Assembly: GCA_000146045.2 (NCBI GenBank)
Contig: BK006938.2
Span: forward strand, 1 to 64,000
DNA length: 64,000 nucleotides
Direction: 5' to 3'
Origin: TPA_inf: Saccharomyces
Taxonomy: Eukaryota
Positions 57,265 to 64,000 of this stretch are shown here, piece after piece. Under the pieces are notes generated by a model. It was not told the origin of the DNA. It did not search any database and saw only the letters and a list, made by a program, of their open reading frames with translations. Numbering within the stretch: the first letter of the stretch is position 1; each line of letters begins with the position of its first letter. The translations under genes and the position numbers were made by a program.

Positions 57265-60200
57265 TTAAATTTCACTCCTAAATCCAAAAGTACCGCCAGA
57301 AATACTTTTTCTCACTCTACCCATGAAACTTTGTTTACCAGCCTGTTCCTCACCTTGCTCGTCGTCATGGTAATCTTGCTCACCCTCATCGGAACCGTAC
57401 TGATGATGTCTTGGAGTGTGCTCGGCTGAATGAGTAGAATTATTATAGTCGTAGTCAGACCCTTTTGAAGAATTCTGTCTGCTGTGACGGTGATGATTGT
57501 GATGATGTTTTGATTTTCCGGAACCCATTGAACCCACCGACACTTTCCTTCCCTGAGAAGTTGTTTCATTATGAATTGAATAGGAAGTGGTTTCTGGGTA
57601 GGTGCCCTCAGATGGCTTTTGAGAACTAGAGGTGTTGGTGTCTTTAAATCCGTATGTTGGGACATGTGGGTCAATCAAACTAGGGAAATTACCAACTTCG
57701 GCAGCATAAGCGTTTGAGGCGTCGGCACCACCAAGGTCGGTTCTACGTTTGTTCTTCAAATCTACTTCACGCTTGTAGCCCGGTGCGTCTTCCTCTAAAA
57801 CTTTCGCATTCTTATTGACATCAATATTATCGTCGCTAGAATATTCTTGATTTTGGGAATTGCCGCCAGAACCGTAACTGGCCTTTTGTTCTGATGATGG
57901 TTCCTGATCGTGAGTCATTCCAGTAATATCTTGTGATTTGGCATATGTAGGGTCCGCATTTTTAATATTATCGTAAGCAGCTGTTTCAGCATCCCCTGAT
58001 TTGGAGTATGTAGTGTCTCCAGATCTGGAATTATCAAAGGCAGCAACATTAGCGTTTTCGAGATGAGTGTCTGTATTTTTACTATCATCAAAAGGGTTCG
58101 AGCTGAAGGTCTTGGATTTTGCACCCATCCTTCCGGTTGTATCTACGTTTCCAGTAGTACCTGTTTCCGGATTATTGGTGAAATCCTTGGCATCGGATGC
58201 AATATCCTGTGTTGTTTTTGCTCTTCTTGGCTCAATTTGGTCAATAAAATTAGAACGCGTTGGAGTTGGGCCTGATTTATTTTTGCTTAAATCAGATAAT
58301 TTTTTGTTACCAGAAGTATTCGAGTATTCGTAATTGCCAAGACTCTCATCTCTTGCAGTCTCCATACCAGCACGGTTAGTGGTTTGCCTTGGAGACAACG
58401 GGTCTTCATCTTGTTTTTGCACTGATTTTGACAACGTATCAGGTTCAAAAGTACCTGGGATTTTCTCTCTCTGCTCATAATTGTAATCCGATGGTTTTCC
58501 CTGGTACGCTTTCTTAGAATACAAGTCGTTTTTCTTTGCATTTGAGTAGTCGTCAATATCATTCTCGTGGTAGTCTTCAACATCATCCAAATAATCCAAC
58601 CCATATTGATGAGGTTTAGTAGAATCTTCATTCATATCTTCGTCCTTCATAGCAGGTGATACAACATTGTTTCGGGTGGTGGCATCATTAGAAAGCCCGG
58701 ACCATTCTGCTTCATGACGGGGTGACATGTCAATATTGTTGTTCGTATTTTGAGAACCAGCTTGTGAACCGGCAACATATTGCAAGTTATCCCTACCATT
58801 ATCATTATACTTCATATGTCCTAATTCGGTTCCCGCTTTAGGCATATTCTGAGATCCAGATGTACCGCTGTCGAATTTCTCCTTCATACTAGAAGGTATA
58901 ACAACATCCTGCAGATTCTTATTTTTACCAGCGCTGGAACTATATTCAATTGGACCCCAATTAGAATCCGTCTTGGATTTAATGTTTTTCTGTTGATAAT
59001 CATCGGCGGATTCCAGAATGTCATCTCTTTCAATGTTAAATTTTTCAGCCGCTCTTTCTGATATATTTTTATTATCAACCTTATTCTTTTCTGGGTGTTG
59101 AATGTTTTTATTGCTATCATGATAAGAAGGTTGCTGGCTTACAAAACCACTTGTCCCGACTGCTGCTTTGGGTTCAGGTTCCATAGTTTGCTGTTGGATT
59201 GCATCAGAACCAGAAACTTGGTCATTTTTCAATCCAGTTTGTTCGCTCTCATCCATCTTCACGTTCTGTGCAATTTCTTTAATTGTATCTTGAGGAGGAC
59301 CAGTCGCAGTGTTGCCAGAGTACTTTCTACGATCTGCAGACTTCGAACTTGTGTCCGTGTAGACACTAGGGTCGACAGCGTTCATACCGGAACTAACATT
59401 ACTCTTTGGGCCTGTACTTGTGTAAACACTAGGATCAACAGGGTTCACATCAGTACCAGTCATGCCCCGGAAACTACCAGGTATGACATCTCGATCTGAG
59501 TTGGAATCAGTGTTCGAATAACCCTTCGTAGCTGAGGAGTTATCTTTAACACTTGTATGTCCATGAGTAACTGAAGGGTTAGTTTTAGTACTGGAATGAT
59601 CCTGTGCAGCAGCGGTGGATTTAGGACCAGTGCTTGAACCAGAGTGACCATGGCTAACAGGGTGGGTAGTTTTGACGTTGATATGTCCATGTGTAGTTGC
59701 AGTGGCTGATGGACCAGTATTCGCTTTAGAATGCTCATGAGTATTGGTAGGAGATGTGGTTTTCACACTGGCATGACCATGTGTGTGAGTGACAGGGGAA
59801 GTGGTAGCACTGGAATGACCATGCGTGTGAGTAACAGGAGAAGTGGCAGCTTTGGAAGTGCTGTGGTTATGAGTGGTTGCAATACTTGGATGCCCTGCAT
59901 CACCTTTGGAATGTCTATGCGCAGTGGGGGACGCCTTTATATTTGAATGTTCATGGCTAGTGGGAGGTGACGTTTTCACTTTGGATTGCTCACTTGTAGC
60001 AGCGGGTGTCGTTGTTTTGACATAAGAGTATCCATGGGTAGTAATAGTAGCATTAGGGCCAGAACTTGACTTGGTGTCGGCAGAAACAGGGTTCACATCA
60101 GAAGTTACGTTGGCACGGCGGTTAGCGTCCGCCTCAGTGTCTTCGTGTGGAGTTTCCGAGTCTTTATTATGCTTCTTCCTCCAAGGTAACAGAATGTTTT

Positions 60201-60405
60201 TAGCCTTGGTTTCCAAATTCTTGGACGTTGATTCGGGCTGTTCTTTTGGTAAGTTATATTCGGTCGGCTTTGTAGTACTGAAAGACTTTTTGCGTTGAGC
60301 AGAATCTGAATTGGAATCATAGGAACCGGGCTTACCACCAAACGAAAAATTATTTTGTTCTTCTTCGCCTTGACCATCTTTGGAAATGGACTCGTTCATA
60401 TTCAT
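57265..60405 (-). CDS. HBT1: Low-complexity Ser/Thr/Asn-rich shmoo-tip protein (Hub1 target), 1046 aa
   Basis: First ATG (plus-strand cat at 60403-60405) gives MNMNESISKDG; track ORF adds 12 codons from a GTG, rejected. Contains a T/H/G-rich tandem repeat region (TSPVTHTHGHS units); length matches YDL223C. Confidence 0.85.
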   Translation of the reverse strand: MNMNESISKDGQGEEEQNNFSFGGKPGSYDSNSDSAQRKKSFSTTKPTEYNLPKEQPESTSKNLETKAKNILLPWRKKHNKDSETPHEDTEADANRRANVTSDVNPVSADTKSSSGPNATITTHGYSYVKTTTPAATSEQSKVKTSPPTSHEHSNIKASPTAHRHSKGDAGHPSIATTHNHSTSKAATSPVTHTHGHSSATTSPVTHTHGHASVKTTSPTNTHEHSKANTGPSATATTHGHINVKTTHPVSHGHSGSSTGPKSTAAAQDHSSTKTNPSVTHGHTSVKDNSSATKGYSNTDSNSDRDVIPGSFRGMTGTDVNPVDPSVYTSTGPKSNVSSGMNAVDPSVYTDTSSKSADRRKYSGNTATGPPQDTIKEIAQNVKMDESEQTGLKNDQVSGSDAIQQQTMEPEPKAAVGTSGFVSQQPSYHDSNKNIQHPEKNKVDNKNISERAAEKFNIERDDILESADDYQQKNIKSKTDSNWGPIEYSSSAGKNKNLQDVVIPSSMKEKFDSGTSGSQNMPKAGTELGHMKYNDNGRDNLQYVAGSQAGSQNTNNNIDMSPRHEAEWSGLSNDATTRNNVVSPAMKDEDMNEDSTKPHQYGLDYLDDVEDYHENDIDDYSNAKKNDLYSKKAYQGKPSDYNYEQREKIPGTFEPDTLSKSVQKQDEDPLSPRQTTNRAGMETARDESLGNYEYSNTSGNKKLSDLSKNKSGPTPTRSNFIDQIEPRRAKTTQDIASDAKDFTNNPETGTTGNVDTTGRMGAKSKTFSSNPFDDSKNTDTHLENANVAAFDNSRSGDTTYSKSGDAETAAYDNIKNADPTYAKSQDITGMTHDQEPSSEQKASYGSGGNSQNQEYSSDDNIDVNKNAKVLEEDAPGYKREVDLKNKRRTDLGGADASNAYAAEVGNFPSLIDPHVPTYGFKDTNTSSSQKPSEGTYPETTSYSIHNETTSQGRKVSVGSMGSGKSKHHHNHHRHSRQNSSKGSDYDYNNSTHSAEHTPRHHQYGSDEGEQDYHDDEQGEEQAGKQSFMGRVRKSISGGTFGFRSEI
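59773..59856 (-). repeat. Two perfect-register 42-bp tandem units inside HBT1, within a larger diverged repeat region of about 59500-60060
   Basis: atgaccatgtgtgtgagtgacaggggaagtggtagcactgga followed directly by atgaccatgcgtgtgagtaacaggagaagtggcagctttgga; on the coding strand these give 14-aa S(A)TTSPVTHTHGH(S/A) units; further diverged copies flank. Confidence 0.8.
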
Positions 60406-60871
60406 ATCTTGGGTTGGGTGATATTCTTGATAGCTCTCCACTGGGAAATCTTCACGGTGTTCGGTATTATTCTTATCTCTACAGTTACATATAAAAAAAG
60501 GTGTTTTTGAGTTAGTTAGTATTATATATTAATTTTCTTGAGGGGGTGGTATTATTAAAGAATTAAATTCAATATTATTACTATTAATTACACTAAGGTG
60601 CCGGGTATTATTGACGTTTTTTTTTTCTTAGTCTCTTTAATGAAGAAGGAAAAAGAACTAAGTTATTATTAGAAGGAAAAGGAGGAGGGGAGGCGAGAAA
60701 GAATGGTGGAGAATAAATGAAAATCTCCAAGAAAAAATTTCAGCACGATACATATGGATTATACCATGTCACAAAAAAATATTTCGGTTGGAGGTAGATG
60801 CAGAGTTATGGTACTGCGAATGTAGGAAGAAAAAAAAAATTAGGAAGTATTTTATGGTGATTATTTCCTTC

Positions 60872-61801
60872 CTAGTCGCGTACCGTCACTGGCCCGGCAA
60901 GACCACCATCCCCAGCTGGTTCTAACTCAGCTGATGGCACCTGCTTTCTTGTTTTCAGTTTTTGAAAGAACTTGCCATTGCCAGCCGGAGTAGTGGTGGT
61001 TGTAGGTTGAGGCTGTCCAACCACAGGTGCGGCTGTGATAGGGCCCGCGCCGTCCGTCGCCCCACTATTGTAAGTGGATTTCTCCATTTGAGCACCGGTG
61101 TCAACAGAAGGGCTTTCATATTGGGCATACATGTCGTGGTCCGAGTAGGTAGAGTGGGCCTTGTGGGTAGCACTGAATATAGTGGACCAAATGGCGTTCA
61201 CGAGCATCAAGAAGACCGAAGTCCAGATGAACGCAAAGTTTTTGGGTCCCAGCCTTGCAGACCTCCCGCTGTTGCGGAAGGTCTTTCTGGCCTTCACATA
61301 GCAACCTGTGTACAAGCATGCAGCCAATATAATGAAGAAAAAGGCCAACCAGGACAACACACAGTACAGGACTGGCACTGCCTTGAAAGGAAGGAAGGTA
61401 GCCAGAAAGCCGGGTACCAGCGCCAGTACGATGAAAAATAGGGAAATCAGCAGCATGGCCCATCCAACCCTGGATAGATAATAGTAGGTATCCCGGTTGT
61501 TTCTGAACGACGATGGTAAATTGACAGAGTTACCAAAATTGTCTCTGGGAGAGAAAGGCTTGGCGGGCGCCCTGCTAGAGCAATTAGCTAGCTGGCCGTC
61601 TTCGTAGCCGCACCAATTGTAATTGTACCATCTCGTGGTCGATGGAGCGCTGTTAAAGCCGTTTGTATCAGCCTGTAACCAATAAAAATTTTTCAGCGTT
61701 CCAGATTCTCTGCCTCCTGACAGAATAAGAAAAAACGTCAATAAGCCAGCACCGAGTAGGAATAAAAACACAAGCAAATTAACGAACCTTTTGAAAATCA
61801 T
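60872..61801 (-). CDS. FMP45: SUR7/PalI-family four-TM plasma-membrane (eisosome-associated) protein, 309 aa
   Basis: ATG at 61801 (minus); N-terminal TM, large Cys-containing extracellular loop (NYNWCGYEDGQLANC), three further TMs, Pro/Thr-rich tail; length matches YDL222C. Confidence 0.85.
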   Translation of the reverse strand: MIFKRFVNLLVFLFLLGAGLLTFFLILSGGRESGTLKNFYWLQADTNGFNSAPSTTRWYNYNWCGYEDGQLANCSSRAPAKPFSPRDNFGNSVNLPSSFRNNRDTYYYLSRVGWAMLLISLFFIVLALVPGFLATFLPFKAVPVLYCVLSWLAFFFIILAACLYTGCYVKARKTFRNSGRSARLGPKNFAFIWTSVFLMLVNAIWSTIFSATHKAHSTYSDHDMYAQYESPSVDTGAQMEKSTYNSGATDGAGPITAAPVVGQPQPTTTTTPAGNGKFFQKLKTRKQVPSAELEPAGDGGLAGPVTVRD

Positions 61802-62243
61802 AGCGGTAGATTATAGTGATTAGTGTTACTTGTTACTTGGATAAAAAGGAAAGTATAAGCGTTAAACGTAAATACCTCTTTCTTTTTAATTCACTTCAAA
61901 ATTACTGTACTTAAAGTTTGCATCTAACGGATAACTAATCAAGAGAACAAAGCAAGATCAAGTAACTGTTGCAAAGCAACCATCCTTTTATATGTCGGCA
62001 TCTGCGCCGAATGCTCCTCCCCATTCCAGACTATCCTTGTTTTAGCATCAAGAAGGAAGGAAGACCTTTCATTGACTCTTGCTTCTTACCACTCCCCTCT
62101 TTCCCTTTTCCTTCGTGTGAAAACGTTCCACTCCCTTATATTCAGAGCACCCTTAAATTTGGTTATTTGGTCTTTTTTTTTTATATTACTCCGAGACGTC
62201 ACTGCAATTTGGCACCGCCGCGTTGGGCTGCGCGGATCATGTC

Positions 62244-64000
62244 TTACGAGGTGGGAACGGCTCCGGCGTCATCGTCATTATCCTCCTCCTTTTTCACGGT
62301 GACGCCATTTTGCGCGGCAAGAAGTCGCAGAGGATTGACGGTAGCATTAATTGCGCAATCAAGACTCCCTGAATCAGGAGCCGCTGCAACCTTCGGATGG
62401 GCCAGCTGTTGTTGCAATTCCCGAAAGGTGCATTCAATTGGGCACCAGATCTGGAGTGCCACGGTAGTGTCAGGGAACAGCGTGAGCGAGGAGGTTATAT
62501 TGAATTTAAATGAATGGCCGAGAAATTGTGCCAATTGCGTATATTTTTCCTCAAGAGGCTGACGCTGTAAGTAGGCGCTTGAGCGGTTGAAAAAATAAGC
62601 AAAGTTCTTGGAGGTAATGATGTGTAGTTGCAACACTCGCTCCGGGGCCAAGCCGCGGGTTTGTAAAAGTGGGAGCTCATTCGTGATATGGAAGCAGAGA
62701 TCAGATGCGTGGTACTCGATGGCGATGATACGGCCCTCGCAACTGTATAATGTGTTGCTCTTGTGTGTTTGCTGTGGGCGCGGGAGGCGAGCCGAGGAGT
62801 CCAAGAGAGAAGATATATCTGTGAACTTTACATCGAAGGAGGACACGTCTGCATTCAGGTCGGGTATGTGTTCTGCGAGAGCTGGTGTAGTGGGTGATTT
62901 TTTTGGTTCATGCTTTACTTCATCGAACCTCAGTTTCGCGAGATGAGAACCGTTTCTATGTATGGGGAAAAACCTCCGGTACTCTTCGAAATAGCGTGAA
63001 ATTGCGGATTCGCCAATTCTCTTGAACGCTCGTTGGTAGAACAATCTTAAATGTTCGCACTGTGAAGGCGAGGCGATGCTGCTTATTTGGGAATGCGGGA
63101 CCGGCTCACATTCGCGCACAATGGCATTCAATTTGCCGTTGTACATTTTCACTTTTATATTCATCTTACAAACTATGCCGTATTGCGAAAGGTTTTCATC
63201 GCGGCCGTTCTGTAGATCTCTTAGCCCGTTGTTGAATATTTTTCTGAGCTTAGAGTCAAACGTTTCGAATTGGTTTTTGTACATGATGGCTTTGAAGCCC
63301 TCGTTCAGCTCTAACTTGTTCTCGTAATCTATTAGATATCTGTCGTAAAGATAGTTTTGGACGATATCGTTCTTGGTAAAATCGCTAAAGACAAAAGATA
63401 TAAAGGCAGGTTTATCAAACGAGCAGGAGACTAGCATGCCAAACATTGTTATGTATTTGGTCTCAAAAGTGTCGAGTCCCAACTGACAGAATTCGATGGT
63501 GGGGTCTTTCCTTGCCATTTTGCTCATCCTTGTGCGAGACGGATCGATTGACGCCGACGATTGCGCAGGCACCTGCACCTGCGCCTGCGCCTGCGTGTCG
63601 GTGCTAATGTTCTTCAAACTCCATACTGCCATACCTGGGCTGGCGGTCTTGTCATTGTCCCACAGGATCCTTTCAACTTCGACGGAAATTCGATCAGGCT
63701 TTTCCAGTAGTAAAATATCCGATATCTTGTCGCTTTGACAGTTTAAAACACCGAAGAGCTCACAGATTCGCTCTCTCGTCGGGATAACGATCTCAATGCA
63801 ATTGACGCCTGGCACCAGGACCTTGTCTGGGACATTTGGTAAGAGCTGCGTAAAATATAATTTCAATGTGCAATATTTGAACTCATTTATACTGGCGAAT
63901 TGAGGTGGATTCATGCCAACAATTTTGCCCTCTAACCTTTCAACTGAGCCTACACTAGCTAGGGAAAGTTGCTCATAACTGATGGCTTTGCGGATTGAGG
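62244..64000 (-). CDS. CDC13: Telomere-capping ssDNA-binding protein, 3' (C-terminal) portion only; the CDS continues past the window end
   Basis: Stop at 62244-62246 (minus); the frame is open on the minus strand through the end of the window; contains MNPPQFASINEFKYCTLKLYFTQLLPNVPDKVLVPGVNCIEIV, which I recognise as the Cdc13 OB-fold DNA-binding domain region; full gene is 924 aa, so about 340 N-terminal codons lie beyond base 64000. Confidence 0.85.
   Translation of the reverse strand, partial: SIRKAISYEQLSLASVGSVERLEGKIVGMNPPQFASINEFKYCTLKLYFTQLLPNVPDKVLVPGVNCIEIVIPTRERICELFGVLNCQSDKISDILLLEKPDRISVEVERILWDNDKTASPGMAVWSLKNISTDTQAQAQVQVPAQSSASIDPSRTRMSKMARKDPTIEFCQLGLDTFETKYITMFGMLVSCSFDKPAFISFVFSDFTKNDIVQNYLYDRYLIDYENKLELNEGFKAIMYKNQFETFDSKLRKIFNNGLRDLQNGRDENLSQYGIVCKMNIKVKMYNGKLNAIVRECEPVPHSQISSIASPSQCEHLRLFYQRAFKRIGESAISRYFEEYRRFFPIHRNGSHLAKLRFDEVKHEPKKSPTTPALAEHIPDLNADVSSFDVKFTDISSLLDSSARLPRPQQTHKSNTLYSCEGRIIAIEYHASDLCFHITNELPLLQTRGLAPERVLQLHIITSKNFAYFFNRSSAYLQRQPLEEKYTQLAQFLGHSFKFNITSSLTLFPDTTVALQIWCPIECTFRELQQQLAHPKVAAAPDSGSLDCAINATVNPLRLLAAQNGVTVKKEEDNDDDAGAVPTS

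Noticed and set aside
61969-62562. + strand 197-aa ORF overlapping the CDC13 3' end and FMP45 flank (position of the dubious YDL221W)
   Set aside because: Overlaps a conserved essential gene on the opposite strand; no ATG-supported conserved product recognised; typical antisense artefact.

Overview
This window reads as the left end of Saccharomyces cerevisiae chromosome IV (S288C-like) and is eukaryotic, not prokaryotic. It starts with terminal C1-3A telomere repeats and an X-only subtelomere with no Y' element. Next comes the subtelomeric paralogous block COS7, MPH2, SOR2, HXT15, THI13, AAD4. Ordinary single-copy genes follow: LRG1, ADY3, GUD1, AIM6, PHO13, YPD1, GYP7, MFG1, OST4, BRE4, PTP1, SSB1, HO, GCS1, SHS1, WHI4, HBT1, FMP45. 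The window ends inside CDC13, so the order runs YDL248W to YDL220C. Gene order, lengths and motifs (Hsp70, LAGLIDADG, CX5R, P-loop septin, ArfGAP finger, LIM+RhoGAP, TBC, HAD, HPt) agree with my memory of this locus, and COS7 at 1802..2953 matches the chromosomal coordinate I recall, so window coordinates probably equal chrIV coordinates. All genes appear intron-less. I found no tRNA, rRNA, Ty LTR or CRISPR array, and no novel defence-type system. The provided ORF track translates non-ATG starts (TTG/GTG/CTG) as M; I checked several directly (SOR2, PTP1, SSB1, HBT1, YPD1, AAD4, THI13) and trimmed their N-termini to the first ATG, which also matches the known protein lengths. The track also omits ORFs under 60 aa, so OST4 (36 aa) is missed. 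Points worth a second look, all in the findings: the HO gene carries the four substitutions I recall for the inactive ho allele; its long promoter has an array of about nine TTTCGTG (SCB) repeats, a1-alpha2 operators and a Swi5-like palindrome; AAD4 appears to have lost its start codon, leaving an open N-terminal relic; YDL241W has an internally duplicated Cys module with an (AT)18 microsatellite upstream; there are in-frame coding microsatellites in GUD1, HBT1 and WHI4; and an unannotated ORF relic lies antisense to the tiny YDL247W-A.
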